Origin: Octopus sinensis
Taxonomy: Eukaryota
Direction: 5' to 3'
DNA: 64,000 bases
Assembly: GCF_006345805.1 (NCBI RefSeq)
Contig: NC_043002.1
Span: 113,646,001-113,710,000 of the forward strand
The number at the start of each line of letters is the position of its first letter. Within the stretch, counting starts at the first letter, position 1. The translations under genes were made by a program, and so were the position numbers. Shown piece after piece: positions 1-13,000 of the stretch. The notes beneath the pieces are model-generated. The model had not been told where the DNA came from and searched no databases. It was given only the letters and a program-made list of their open reading frames with translations.

Positions 1-516
1 GTATGTGTGTGTGTGTGTGTATGTTATATATATAAGGAAATTTCATAGTAGTTTGTATGTGTGTAAAGTTGTTTGGTTAAAAGTGAAATAATTATAGGAT
101 ACATTTATCATTACGTATAAATGTAAAATGTATGTGCACTTACAAGGTGTAATTCTAGAATGAATACTGGATGTAATTCTATTGTAGTATCATTATATGT
201 GAACAGACATATCATAATGGGTAAGACTAAGTCTGTAAAAACAATCCTTATAAGGATACCCTATAGAATTTAATTCCGTTTTTTAAGAACTAATTCATAA
301 TTCCAAATGAATGGATATAAATAGGAAAAAGTATTAATATATAAGCATGATTGTAAGCTTCATATCTCGCTTACACAAGAATGGAAAGTGTGAGTGTATG
401 TTTAGATAAATATATGTATGAATATAGCACAACCCATACCAGCATGGAAAATGGATGTTAAATGATGATGATGATGATATATGCTAAAGTGGAATAAATG
501 TATATGTATGTATATA

Positions 517-745
517 GGCGAGATGGCAGAAACGTTAGCGCACCGGGCGAAATGCTTAGCGGTATTTCGCCTGTCGTTACGTTGTGAGTTCAAATTCCAC
601 CGAGGTCGACTCTGCCTTTCATCCTTTCGGGGTCGATAAATAAAGTACCAATTTTGCACTGGGATCGATGTAATCGACTTAATCCCTTTGTCTGTCCTTG
701 TTTGTCCCCTCTATGTTTAGCTCCTTGTGGGTAGTAAAGAAATAT
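517..745 (+). mobile_element. tRNA-derived SINE, family A
   Basis: Head GGCGAGATGGCAGAAACGTTAGC, B-box-like GAGTTCAAATTCC, body GCCTTTCATCCTTTCGGGGTCGATAAA; recurs at 44011 and 51591. Confidence 0.85.
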
Positions 746-1136
746 ATATGTATGTATATATATGTGTGTACAAGTAAATTTGTTAGTTTAATAGCCCCTC
801 TCAATGAAAAGCAAGAGGGCAAAGACTTTGGTGGTGATACTATATATCTAAAATTGAATCTGCAAGGTGGTAGTTCGCTGAGTTAAGAAAGAGAACATAC
901 GTCATTGGTTTTCTTTGAAGTGGAACAGAAACAGACACAAGAGATAAGTAATTGTTAATGGCTTATATTTAGATGCCTTTCTTTCCTAAAATTCCAGATA
1001 TTGCTGGCCTTGTGGCAAAATTTGAAATCAATATATATTTTAAACACCCACTTCAACACATATTCATATTTAATATATATTCTAGTTAAATCTTTTAACA
1101 TAATGTTTTATCTTTTTAATATAAAAATAAATTATC

Positions 1137-1434
1137 CGGGCCAACCAATGCCTTGTGAGTGGATTTGGTAGACGGAAACTGAAAGAAGCCTGTCGTATAT
1201 ATGTATATATATGTACGTGTATGTGTGTTTTTGTGTGTCTGTGTTTGTCCCCCTAGCATTGCTTGACAACCGATGCTGGTGTGTTTACGTCCCCGTCACT
1301 TAGCGGTTCGGCAAATGAGACCGATAGAATAAGTACTGGGCTTACAAAGAATAAGTCCCGGGGTCGATTTGCTCGACTAAAGGCGGTGCTCCAGCATGGC
1401 TGCAATCAAATGACTGAAACAAGTAAAGAGTAAA
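1137..1434 (+). mobile_element. SINE family B, 5'-truncated
   Basis: Reverse complement of the ~400 bp repeat at 1814, 7417, 16279 etc.; ends in AAGTAAAGAGTA tail. Confidence 0.9.
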
Positions 1435-1813
1435 CATAAATCTGTAGTTAAAGATCAATTGAATATGCAGTTCTTTATTCTTTTGTTTTCTTTAATTTCC
1501 TTTAATTTAGTTTTGTTGTTTTTCTCATTTCCTTGTTCCTCTTTGTTGGAGGACTACTAAAAATAATATTTCAGTCTGAGCATAAAAGGTAGAGAGGCTA
1601 AAGATAATAACAGCAGTACTTTGACTCTGGTCACCCGATGATGTGCAGGTATAGCTACTGTTGAATCATAATAACACAATATTGCATACAGTATACATAA
1701 CATTCAACAAGTAACAGCTGATGATGATGTGTTGAAACAATTGTAGTGACATATAATAAAGCCTGTTCGATCCATCTTCTTGTGCTAAATTTTTCTTTCC
1801 AAACACATACACA

Positions 1814-2196
1814 TACTCTTTTACTTGTTCCAGTCATTTGACTGCGGCCATGCTGGAGCACCGCCTTTAATCGAGCAACTCGACCCCGGGACTTATTCTT
1901 TGTAAGCCCAGTACTTATTCTATCGGTCTCTTTTGCCAAACCGCTAAGTGACGGGGACGTAAACACACCAGCATCGGTTGTCAACCAATGCTAGGGGGAC
2001 AAACACAGACACACACACGCATATACATATATACGATGGGCTTCTTTCAGTTTCCGTCTACCAAATCCACTCACAAGGCTTTGGTTAGCCCGAGGCTATA
2101 GTAGAAGACACTTGCCCAAGGTGCCATGCAGTGGGACTGAACCTGGAACCATGTGGTTGGTAAACAAGCTACTTACCACACAGCCACTCCTGCGCC
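1814..2196 (-). mobile_element. tRNA-derived SINE family B
   Basis: Minus-strand head GGCGCAGGAGTGGCTGTGTGGTAAG...GGTTCAGTCCCAC, internal (TA)/(CA) tract, AAGAGTA tail; more than a dozen copies in window. Confidence 0.9.
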
Positions 2197-2229
2197 ATGT
2201 GTGTGTGTTGTACAAGAACATATATAATT

Positions 2230-2465
2230 CCACCATCAGGACATCAAAGAGATGGAGCATTTCCATCAAGAGAAATTCCACAACATCAAATGGCAAGACT
2301 ACACAACCAACAATGTTATCCTAGAAAAAGTCAATACAGAGTCGACTATGACAAAATACTGGAAAAAGAAATATTTCCTCAGCATTTATTCTTCGGTGAA
2401 TTGCCCACTGGAAAAGCCCACATGGATGTCCCTTCTACCATTACAAAAGCCAGGCTTTCACACAG
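2230..2465 (+). mobile_element. RTE-clade LINE 3' ORF fragment, degraded
   Basis: Frameshifted peptides EHFHQ..NIKWQDYTTNNVILEK and QHLFFGELPTGK match the RTE C-terminal region. Confidence 0.6.
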
Positions 2466-3039
2466 TTACTGCCTAACAAATTCATTCACAAAACATTGGT
2501 AAGTCAGGCTTCAGTAGGAGACACTTTCCCATGATGGTACACAGTGGAGCGGAACCCTGAACCATCTGTTACAAAGTGAGCTTCATGATCCCTGCAACCA
2601 TGCTTCTCTCTCTCTCTCTTTGTGCACAAGTGTTCCTCCATGACTTGATCCAGTTGGAACTCCTTTCAACTGCTTCTTAAGAGCTCTGGTTTTCTTTCTC
2701 CCAGAAATTGAGAACTGCTTTATGATCGCATAAGACTTGGCTAGCTTATTTTTCTGCAATTGCAACATATTTTCAATATTATTAGTTTTCTTGTGTTCCA
2801 ATAAATGGAATCAATCATTATTTATTCAAGTGTATTTCTACTTTAACTCATCGTAACTGATTTAACTGATATAAATTTCAAGTTGCACGTATTTTTAAAT
2901 AGCTCAGTTTTTAAAACAATTAACAATTATGATAATTCATTTTTTATTAAAAAGATAAAACATTATGTTAAAAGATTTAACTAGAATATATATTAAATAT
3001 GAATATGTGTTGAAGTGGGTGTTTAAAATATATATTGAT

Positions 3040-3245
3040 TTCAAATTTTGGCACAAGGCCAGCAATTTCTGGGGAGGGGATATATATCAATTACATCGAG
3101 CCCAGTGTTCAACTTATAGTTATTTTATTGACCCCTGAAAGGATGAAAGGCAATGTCGACCTTGATGGGATTTGAACTCAGAATGTGAAGACAGGTGAAA
3201 AGCATTTTGCTTGGCATGCTAATGGTTCAGTTAGCTCACCACCTT
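3040..3245 (-). mobile_element. SINE family A, diverged
   Basis: Contains reverse complement of family A core (GACCCC..AAAGGATGAAAGGC..GAACTCAGAA). Confidence 0.7.
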
Positions 3246-3384
3246 AGCAGTTTAAAATATATAGTAATAGTTTGTTTCTTGGTATCTTTTAATAAACAAT
3301 GAATAAATCTATAATCTTTGACAATCATGCAAGCAAAAGTGCAACAACTACTACATCAGCAACACAGCATAACCACTCCCTGTC

Positions 3385-3575
3385 CAAATTAAGGAGCATC
3401 TCACTACCAATGCTTCCGTCTCCAAACACCTGACCAGATGTGGCAACACCACCAAGGAGATAGACACCTCCACACTAGCCTCGGAGAGGAACACCAGCAA
3501 TTTACTTATAAAAGAGGTTCTACTGATCCACTACCTCAACCTAAAGATTAACAGTCAATTGGAGTCGAGCATCAT
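3385..3575 (+). mobile_element. Penelope-like element GIY-YIG C-terminal remnant
   Basis: Frame reads IKEHLTTNASVSKHLTRCG...LLIKEVLLIHYLNLKIN, matching the EH..S.V..H..E..I..N pattern at the end of PLE endonucleases. Confidence 0.6.
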
Positions 3576-3736
3576 GGCAACTGTGACAGCATCACGGCAA
3601 CTGTGACCAACACCATCCAACAGATAAGGAATGGCCTACAACAAAAGTAGGAGATTTGTTTACACCAACACTCAGACAGCCAGCAACACTTGAGGGGGTA
3701 ACTACTATTACTACTACTACTAATATAACACTGTCG

Positions 3737-4120
3737 TGGAGGCGCAATGGCCCAGTAGTTAGGGCAGCAGACTCGCGGTCATAGGATCGCAGTTTCGATT
3801 CCCAGACCGGGCGTTGTGAGTATTTATTGAGTGAAAACACCTAAAGCTCCACGAGGCTCCGGCAGGGGATGGTGGTGATCCCTGCTGTACTCTTTCACCA
3901 CAACTTTCTCTAACTCTTACTTCCTGTTTCTGTTGTACCTGTATTTCAAAGGGCCGGCCCTGTCACTCTCTGTGTCACGCTGAATATCCCCGAGAACTAC
4001 GTTAAGAGTACACGGGTTTGTGGAGTGCTCAGCCACTTACACGTTAATTTCACGAGCAGGCTGTTCCGTTGATTTGGATCAACCGGAACCCTCGTCGTCG
4101 TAACTGACGGAGTGCTTCCA
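3737..4120 (+). mobile_element. tRNA-derived SINE family C, full length
   Basis: Head TGGAGGCGCAATGGCCCAGTAGTTAGGG...TTCGATTCCC, 3' end GGAGTGCTTCCA; TSD-like ATAACAC(T/C)GTC. Confidence 0.9.
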
Positions 4121-4574
4121 AAAAAAAATAACACCGTCACATCACAGATGGCATGGCAATGGCCTACAACAACAGTTGGAAGTTTGTTTACACCAACGTT
4201 CAGAGTGTCGATTGCATCTGCGTTTGGAGAGTGACTACTGCTGCTACATAACGCTAGGGGATTTGAATGGGTTAACAGAATCTGCAAAACTGGTCATTTC
4301 CCAGACTGTTTTTCTTCTGCACCTGAAATATAAAGGTTTTATAAAACTTTCCACATTGTCAGAAGCTTTCTATTTTCTCTCATCTTCAATATTACAATGC
4401 TTCACGCAAACTACAGTGCTCTTAAAAATACATTTGTTCTTTACATGAAGTAAATCACTGAATTAGTATTTAACAGCTTGGCAGGTAAGAAGAGAAGGAT
4501 TTCTCCAAATTTTAATTTTGATTTCTTTGAACTAATATTCAACATAGATTGTTAAGCAAAATGGATTGACTTAC

Positions 4575-4752
4575 CTGCATGTTCATGAACAAGATAAGGC
4601 AAATCTTTGTCCTTTTCCCAAACATCTTGATCACAATTGTAGACCTCAACGCTTGGCAGTACTCCTGTCCAGTTTATTCCACCCACAGCATACAGCTGAT
4701 TGTTTAATACTCCCAAATAGAAAAGACATCGGTATTCATTCATTGCTGCTAC
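4575..4752 (-). CDS. Kelch-repeat exon of BTB-BACK-Kelch gene (178 nt, phase 0 to 1)
   Basis: Acceptor TATTTCAG|, donor GCAG|GTAAGT; VAAMNEYRCLFYLGVLNNQLYAVGG...VEVYN..DVW has Kelch GG, Y and W signatures and continues RRKWQQ| of the 18571 exon in frame. Confidence 0.88.
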
Positions 4753-5657
4753 CTGAAATAAATAGAAACAAAATTTATTATCTAATACGGTGGTCAGCAA
4801 ACTTGTGGGGAGGCAATGTTCCTGCTTTGTGAGGCAAGAAAATTAAAAAGTGAAATCATGATCGTACAAGACTTTTTAACATCACTTTTTGCAATGAAAG
4901 AATTACTACACAATGATGTAAAAATCAGTATGTGCCATGAATAACACAGCATACAGAAAAGAGTTAAACATTTCTTGTGGGTTGAATAGGACAGGGAGGC
5001 AACTGTGTGGATTCAGGGTAAATGTGATATCAACCAGTGTATTTGTTTTCCTTAGCTGGCAAGTATACAGTTTAGTTACTCTCTCCTTTCTTACAACTAA
5101 TTAATACATAACAGTATGTAAGATGTTGTTAGTCTCTGTTGCTCCATTCATTTAGGAAGCCAAAAATATTAAATGCTTACAATATGTCACACAGGGAAAC
5201 TTACATTTAACAGCACATACTATTTATTTTCTTTTAGAACCAACAAATATTTTTGTCTTGAACTGCTTCAGTCTCACACTGTTCACAACACAAAACACAC
5301 ATAAGGCAAGCAAGACACAAACAAAGATGAATGCAAAAGTAGAGATGACAACCTCAAACGGTTGATTTCAATGCTATGTAACCTATTATAAATGGCAAAT
5401 TACAACAAATAGAAAACTGTGCAGCAAAAGCAATATTAATAGAAGCTTATGAATTATGAATTTCTGCCCTCATTTAAAGAATGATGAGCCAGTTTTTCAG
5501 ATTGACATACTATAAATATAATGCAAAGTAGAGCAACTTGTTCTATCAACGAAATCTCTTTTAACTTTCCAACTCTTAAGTTGCAGTTGCTTTCTCTCCT
5601 TTCTCAGCATATTCCTACATGCGTTCTAATATTTCTTATCTTTCTATATACACTGTG

Positions 5658-6041
5658 TGGAGGCGCAATGGCCCAGTGGTTAGGGCAGCAGACTCGCGGT
5701 CATCGGATCGCGGTTTCAATTCCCAGACCGGGCGTTGTGAGTGTTTATTGAGCGAAAACACCTAAAAGCTCCACGAGGCTCCGGCAGGGATGGTGGTGAT
5801 CCCTGCTCTACTCTTTCACCACAACTTTCTCTCACTCTTACTTCCTGTTTCTGTTGTACCTGTATTTCAAGGGGCCGGCCTTGTCACACTCTGTGTCATG
5901 CTGAATATCCCCGAGAACTACGTTAAGGGTGCACGTGTCTGTGGAGTGCTCAGCCACTTGCACGTTAATTTCACGAGCAGGCTGTTCCGTTGATTCGGAT
6001 CAACCGGAACCCTCATCGTCGTAACCGACGGAGTGCTTCCA
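5658..6041 (+). mobile_element. SINE family C, full length
   Basis: Near-identical to 3737 copy; TSD-like ACACTGTG. Confidence 0.9.
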
Positions 6042-6229
6042 TAGACACTGTGTGTTCAAATTTTGTACGATCTTCTCCTCACAACAACTTTATGTTAATG
6101 GAAATAAAGTAACATAAAAGTTGTGAAAGTCTCAAAGAGAGGAAATGGAGGGAGAAGGATTTCAAAGTATGAAAGGAAAAGAAGATAATTATTAAAACCT
6201 AAATAATAAAAAAATGTCTAATAGGATAT

Positions 6230-6797
6230 ATGCTAGGGGTGTAACCAGTCCACTTATGTGTGCCTTTTCTTCATTGGACACTAAACTCTGCTTGTGAAGA
6301 CCAGTTGAGGCAAGTGAAATCGAAGTCAAAATCAAACTCGGTGATTGGCATCCGTTGCTAGTGGAGTGCTAAGAGTACCATATGAGTGAGATCGTTGCCA
6401 GAGCAACACGTTGACCTTTCTGCCGATGGCACGTTAAGCACACCATTCGAGCGTGATCGTTACCGCGTCGCCTTACTAGCACTTGTGCTGGTGGCAGGTG
6501 AAACATTCGAGCGAGGTCGTCGCAAGTGCCACTGGACTGGCTCCTGTGCAGGTGGCACGTAAAAAGCACCATTTGGGCGGGGCTGTTGCCAGTACCACCA
6601 CCAAACTGGCCCTCATGCCGGTGGCACATAAAAGCACCCACTACACTCATGGAGTGGTTGGTATTAGGAAGGGCAACCAGCTGTAGAAACTCTGCCAGAT
6701 CAGATTGAAGTCTGGTTCACCAGACCTCAGTCAAATCGTCCAGCCCCTGCTAGCATGGAAAGCGGACGTTAAATGATGATGATGATGATGATGGTGA
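6230..6797 (+). mobile_element. RTE-type 3' end / RTE-tailed non-autonomous element
   Basis: Internal GGCACGT.AAAAGCACC subrepeats, AGGAAGGGCA.CCAGCTGTAGAAAC, (GAT)n tail. Confidence 0.8.
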
Positions 6798-6904
6798 TGA
6801 GTTTAATATAAATAAAACAATGGCAAATCAAATCCTTTTTTTTTTTCATTGTCTTCAGAGTTAGATTCATATTATTATTGGTTTCTAATGAAATTAAAAA
6901 TAAT

Positions 6905-7120
6905 CCTTTCTACTATAGGTCAAGGCCTGAAAATTTGGGGGAGAGGGGCTAGTTAATTACATTGACCCCAGTGCTTCACTAGTACTTAATTTATCGACCC
7001 CCAAAAGGATGAAAGGCAAAGCTGACCTCAGTGGAATTTGAACTCAGAATGTAAAGGCTGAGGTAAAAATGGCACTAAGCATTTTGCCGAGTGAGTTGAA
7101 TCTGCCAGCCTGCCGCCTTA
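6905..7120 (-). mobile_element. SINE family A, diverged
   Basis: TACTTAATTTATCGACCCC..AAAGGATGAAAGGCAAAG core in reverse. Confidence 0.7.
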
Positions 7121-7416
7121 ATCACATTAAAAATAATATCAGAGTGGACAGATGGGACACCAGCTCATAATCTACAAATGACATGCGATTGTGTTGAATT
7201 ATTATCAAACACAATTATCAGTGGCAGAAAAAAAAATTTCGACATTGTTTTTCAAAATAACTGATTTTCATGCAAACATTTTTCATATAAAACAGACTTA
7301 AGTTCTACTATTATCAGAAAGGAGTAATTAATTTTTTTCAGAAGAGTGCAAGTGTCCTAATTAATTAATTAACCCAAAGCTAGTTAGAGCAGAAATGAAG
7401 AAATGAAATATCTTAA

Positions 7417-7808
7417 TACTCTCTTTTACTTGTTTCAGTCATTTGACTGCGGCCATGCTGGAGCACCGCCTTTAGTCGAGCAAATCGACCCCAGGACTTA
7501 TTCTTTGTAAGCCCAGTACTTATTCTATCAGTCTCTTTTGCCGAACCGCTAAGTGATGGGGACGTAAACACACCAGCATCGGTTGTCAAGCAATGCTAGG
7601 GGGACAAACACAGACACATATACATATATATATATACATATATACGACAGGCTTCTTTCAGTTTCCGTCTACCAAATCCACTCACAAGGCATTGGTCGGC
7701 CCGGGGCTATAGCAGAAGACACTTGCCCAAGATGCCATGCAGTGGGACTGAACCTGGAACCATGTGATTGGTTAGCAAGCTACTTACCACACAGCCACTC
7801 CTGTGCCT
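7417..7808 (-). mobile_element. SINE family B, full length
   Basis: Near-identical to 1814 copy. Confidence 0.9.
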
Positions 7809-8489
7809 AATACTTCAGGTTGATTAAAAATATCTGATCTGGGTTTCACATGTTTTTTTTTTATATTTTTACTTTATCTATGAATGTATCTGCTTGAGCT
7901 GATTAAATATCAGTTTACTGGGAATTACAAGCAGCTGTACTCACTCCACAGCTGAGACAACTAACTTTTGTTAACCCAATACACCTTTCAGTAAATTGTT
8001 AACCCAATACACCTTTCAGTTTTATTGAAAACAGTGAGAGAACTGTTTAAATGACAAATTATTTCAATAGCTTGCAATAGCTGAATTCAAGTGCTCACAT
8101 GAATATGGTTTGGAGAAGAATTGATATTGCCCACCTGGTTTAACCTAGTTAAGAAACACCTTCAAAAACCAAGTAATTAATCACACATGCATACACTGTT
8201 TTGTTATGGTAACAAAGGAAGGATAGTTCAGTCTCAGCACGATCACAGTGTACTGGCTGTGACCAGCAAAAAAGCGTTTCATACTTGTATGCAATACAAA
8301 GCAATACAAATAGTAGGCAAAAGAGAAATGCCTGAAACAATTTGTGAGTATACCTGTGTGTGAGTTATATAAATTATAATAAAGGGTATTTTCTTTCTCT
8401 TTACCATATACGGGTTACAAATTCTGTTTGTTTGTGGAGACTTTTTTAATAGTAGGAGAAATAGTGATCAATTTGGCTGCTATTTCTAA

Positions 8490-8887
8490 TATTTTCGGTA
8501 TGTGGTTTTGAGCAACTTGTTGCAATTAACCCTTTATTATAATTAATATAATTCTTACCAAATATGGTCTTTTCCATACCGATAAATCTACTAGGTGAAA
8601 TTTATTAATTTTATTAAATTAATTATATTTCACCCTTTTTTGTATATTGTGTGAGTTATAGAGATATACGCCAGCAAAAGATGGATTTCGACTGATGCAC
8701 TTACGTGTACAAATGCACGTTCCCACGATCGCATTCTCACCTGGAATCGATTTTTGTAATTTTTTCAAGACTTATACACGCCCTTATACTGTCGGTTTCT
8801 ACATATCAAATTTGAGTGCAATCAGATGGAAGATGCCCGAGATCCTAGAAGAGACACACACAGACAGACGGAATGGATTTTATATAA
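8490..8887 (-). mobile_element. Probable non-autonomous Helitron-like fragment
   Basis: 5' end has TATATAAAA followed by a (TCTG) microsatellite like the other Helitron-like families here; no 3' CTAG hairpin seen. Confidence 0.35.
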
Positions 8888-8895
8888 TATATCAT

Positions 8896-9062
8896 CATCA
8901 TCATCATCATCGTTTAACGTCCGTTGTCCATGCTAGCATGGGTTGGACGGTTCGACCGGGGATCTGGGAAGCCAGAAGGCTGCACCAGGCTCCAGTCTTA
9001 TCTGGCAGTGTTTCTACAGCTGGATGCCCTTCCTAACGCCAACCACTCCGTGAGTGTAGTGG

Positions 9063-9066
<4 letters not shown>
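8896..9066 (-). mobile_element. RTE-tail element, inverted relative to 9100-9497
   Basis: (CAT)n then CGTTTAACGTCCG..CATGCTAGCATGGGTTGGACGG. Confidence 0.85.
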
Positions 9067-9098
<32 letters not shown>

Positions 9099-9099
9099 G

Positions 9100-9497
9100 G
9101 CCACGCATTGTCTCCCATGCCAGTGACATGTAAAAAGCACCATTCAAGCATGATCATTGCCAGCGTCACCTTACCGGCACATGTGCCAGTGACATGTGAA
9201 AAACAACATTCGAATGTGGTTGTTGTCAGTGCCGCTGGACTGGCTCCAGTGCAGGTAGCACGTAAAAAACACCTTCTGAGTGTAGTCGTTGCCAGAACCA
9301 CCGGAATGGCCCTCAAGCCAGTGGCACATAAAAGCACCAACTACACTCTCAGAATGGTTGGCATTAGGAAGGGCATCCAGCTGTAGAAACATTGCCAGTT
9401 CAGATTGAGCCTGGTGCAGCCTTCTGGCTCACCAGTCCTCAGTCAAACCGTCAAACCCATGCCAGCATGGAAAGCGGATGTTAAACGACGATGATAT
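9100..9497 (+). mobile_element. RTE-tail element
   Basis: Same family as 6230 and 37735, (GAT)n tail. Confidence 0.85.
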
Positions 9498-9589
9498 ATA
9501 TACAAACACATACATATATATATATATACACACGTAGACAGGCAGACAGACAGACAGATATACAAACATGTACAAATATACATACTGAA

Positions 9590-9890
9590 AGTAATAGAAA
9601 TGAAACTAATATGTATAGACACATAATGAAAGTAACTGAAACCATATAATAGTGACAGTATTAATAGAGATGTTATTGTTTCACTTTTGATACATAATAC
9701 GGAAAGTGTAAGAGAAAAGAGATTGCTCCGGGCTCGCAGTAGGCAAGAAGTTGAAAATTTTTTTGGCTCTTGAGACTGCATGGTCCCTAAGTAAGGTATA
9801 CGTTAAGTTTGAATGAAATCCATTGGGTAGTTCTCAAGTTTTAGTGATGCACACACACACACACACATATTCTCTGCTTTATATATATAT
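9590..9890 (-). mobile_element. Helitron-like non-autonomous element, 5' part
   Basis: Homologous to 11960-12356 (GGGCTCGC..AGGCAAGAAGTTGAA, CCCTAAGTAAGG, GTAGTTCTCAAGTTTT). Confidence 0.5.
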
Positions 9891-9941
9891 ACTAGCATTA
9901 AAGACCCGTCATTGCCGGGTCATAGTGCTAGTGCATGTATA

Positions 9942-11606
9942 TCTCTTATTATAAAAGGCAGATTTTATCTGCCTCCCTTTGTAACTTATAGAAATCTACA
10001 ATATAGGATTTCTTCAATTACAATTTACCTAGCATTTTTAAGAGTAGAATGCATCGGGTCATGCCAGGTCCAGTTTTTAAAATTTAAACTCCAATTAAGC
10101 AAAATTTACAGAAAACTCACATTCTGGTGTGTATGTCAAATGCTTTTCTTAATGTGGTTTACACCACACGCACACGCACACACACAGTGTGCAACGAATA
10201 AAATGAAAGTAAATAGCGACAGAGTGATTTGAGGAAGACTAAACTGAAAGTATTTAAACCACTACTCAAAAAATAAAAAAACACAGCAAACAGAAACAAA
10301 TAAATACATAACGATTTACTCCTCACACAATTTCTTCAATTAGAGTTTACCTAAGATTTTTCAAAGTACTCCATTCGGTCATGCCATAATATATTTCTTT
10401 CAATTTCACCCCCAATTAAGACAAAATTCGAGAAAACTCAATATTTTAACATTTTACTCCGAAAGCATTGATGTACATGTGTGCGTGCATGAGTGTGTGT
10501 GTGTGTGTGTGTGTGTTTGATGGGTTGTGCGACACAGAAAGTGTGGTGTGTAAGTGAAGTGCTTTTGTTAGTGTGTGTAAAGAGACAGACAGAGTGAAAG
10601 ACAGAAATAACTGAACTTTTTTTATTCACTTTTTGTAGTGAGTGACTGAGAGAGAAAAGAGAGAGAGAGGTTATGTATGTATATATGTATATATGGCTTC
10701 AGTGACACACACACACAAAAACACATACCTACGTACACCTAAAGCACGCACACACACACACACAAGCGGAGCGCGAACTTCAAAATTTTGGTAGTATTAA
10801 TTTGCGAGCATACTTCTAAGCGCGCGTAATTGAAAGTTTTCACTATGATATCATCACGTGCGAAAAAATTCGAAGGGTTTTGAACAATTGAGATACACAT
10901 GTCACGCCTGTATTGAAACCATTGCTAAGCTGCCGTAATTGCTTAATTAAGACTTTGTTTAAATTGAAAGGGGCAAATATGTGACGAGGTTGAAAAAAAA
11001 TACCCCAGAAAAAAAAATGTACTGCTGGTATTTATATAATTCACTACTATTTTGCTACAATGTCATGAAAAAGAAAAAATTTAGGTATGTAAATCGAATT
11101 CGCCACCCCCTTTTCCCCGTTCGCGTTTGTGTAAAAAAAATTATTATTTAAGTTTTAAAAATTATTTACTTTGTTCAAAAAATATTAATATTAATTAATT
11201 TTCAAGAATTATTTAATTTTATTCTGTAAAATAGTAATTAATTCATTTATCTGTAAATCCGCGAGGTTGTTACTCAGGCACCTAGAATGGTAACCTTCAA
11301 CTAACACTATCTCCTCCGAGACCCTGCGGCGCAAGTTGACCAAAATCGAGAGTATGGTAGAAGAAGGGTTGCTCTTCCTTCCGTAGAACATAAAATTCAA
11401 ATCGGACCATGTTAACACCAAAAATTATTTACATCAAAAAGATGCTTTTTTCTATGAAAATTCCTATTTTTTACGATTTTTTCACTGCTGTGTCGCCACT
11501 TTTCGGTGTATTTCGACCAGAAAAATGTTCACAAAATTTTTACTTTTCAAAATTACAATTCCAGCGGGTCGAAACAAACCCGAGCAACGCCGGGCGATAC
11601 TGCTAG
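9942..11606 (+). mobile_element. Non-autonomous Helitron, 1.67 kb
   Basis: A|TC 5' end (TCTCTTATTATAAAAG), 3' hairpin CCCGAGCAACGCCGGG then CTAG|T; no TSD. Confidence 0.75.
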
Positions 11607-11959
11607 TATGTGTATATTAGATACCTTTCATAGTCGCACCAAGACACTTTTCGAAGGTGCTTTCCTCCATGTGTTCAAATCTTCTTTTTTCTCTACATTG
11701 TATACTTTATAGACAATAGTCTTTTCTTTAATCTAATATTTTATTATCCATCTGGACTATTCCATTTCTGCATGCTAATTTTATTTTTAATTTATTCCCA
11801 TTCACGTCAAACCACTTATTCAAATTCAAATCATTGATGCAATTTTATACCAATTGCTATTTTTACTTTTGTTATGTTACTTAGTTTGATATACTTTAGT
11901 TTGATTTTAATTATTACTTACTACATATAATTCAATTGTTATTATTATTTTTATTGTTA

Positions 11960-12356
11960 AAGTGAAAGTATCTGACATAAAATAGAGAAACGTTTTTGTT
12001 TCACTTTTAACACGTAATACTGAAATAGTGGAGAAGATATGATATTGCTATGGGCTCGCTCTAGGCAAGAAGTTGAACATTTTTTTTGCCCATGAAACTA
12101 CATGGACCCTAAGTAAAGCATGTGTAAAATTTTAATGGAATTGGTAGTGTAGTTCTCTAGTTTTAGGGAATCGTAGTGGAGAAGATATGATATTGCTGTG
12201 GGCTCGCCCTAGGCAAAAAGTTCAAAATGACACTCCCCGGACCCTAAGTAAGGCATGTGTAAAATTTGAATGAAATTGGTTGTGTAGTTCTCAAGTTTTG
12301 GGGAAACACACAGACAGACAGACAGACACACATTCTCAGTTTTATATATATAAAGA
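11960..12356 (-). mobile_element. Helitron-like non-autonomous element, 5' part
   Basis: Minus strand starts A|TCTTTATATATATAAAACTGAG then (TCTG)n; internal tandem duplication of about 150 bp. Confidence 0.55.
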
Positions 12357-12614
12357 TATAGATAGGCACTTGATTTCCACTTTCATTGTAGAGGGGCCAC
12401 AGCCTCTGTGTTTAAACATAGATTATTATATAAACATGTCTGTTAATTTAAGATTCCCTGGAACAGCATATATCATAAGTGGTTGAATTGATATGAGATT
12501 TCAGAAAGAAAAATAAAACAGACTAAAAAATATCTTGGTCCATAATTAGAAACAGCATTTCTGTAAAGGATGGTAGAGGCAAATGCTGTCTATGTTCAAC
12601 TAAAGTATTATAAA

Positions 12615-13000
12615 GGAGGCGCAATGGCTCAGTGGTTAGGGCAGTGGACTTGCGGTCATAGGATCGCGGTTTCGATTCCCAGACCGGGCGTTGTGAGTGT
12701 TTATTGAGCGAAAACACCTAAAGCTCCATGAGGCTCCAGCAGGGATGGTGGTGATCCCTGCTGTACTCTTTCACCACAACTTTCTCTCACTCTTACTTCC
12801 TGTTTCTGTTGTACCTGTATTTCAAAGGGCCGGCCTTGTCACTCTCTGTGTCACGCTGAATATCCCCAAGAACTACGTTAAGGGTACACGTGTCTGTGGA
12901 GTGCTCAGCCACTTACACGTTAATTTCATGAGCAGGCTGTTCCGTTGATCGGATCAACTGGAACCCTCATCATCGTCACCGACGGAGTGCTTCCAATCCA
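12615..13000 (+). mobile_element. SINE family C, full length
   Basis: Perfect 13-bp TSD AAAGTATTATAAA. Confidence 0.92.

Noticed and set aside
144-232. Next Kelch exon (good AG/GT, open in the required phase 1)
   Set aside because: The peptide LVLPIMICLFTYNDTT.. lacks Kelch GG/Y/W signatures; the true exon is probably outside the window.
3737-3810. tRNA gene
   Set aside because: tRNA-like A and B boxes are SINE heads continuing into a shared ~300-bp body; the same applies to families A, B and F.
7969-8020. 24-bp direct repeat
   Set aside because: Ordinary local tandem duplication with no further structure.
8149-8340. Hydrophobic ORF with an acceptor-like site in the Kelch intron
   Set aside because: No domain similarity and no convincing donor; hydrophobic residues are expected from T-rich DNA.
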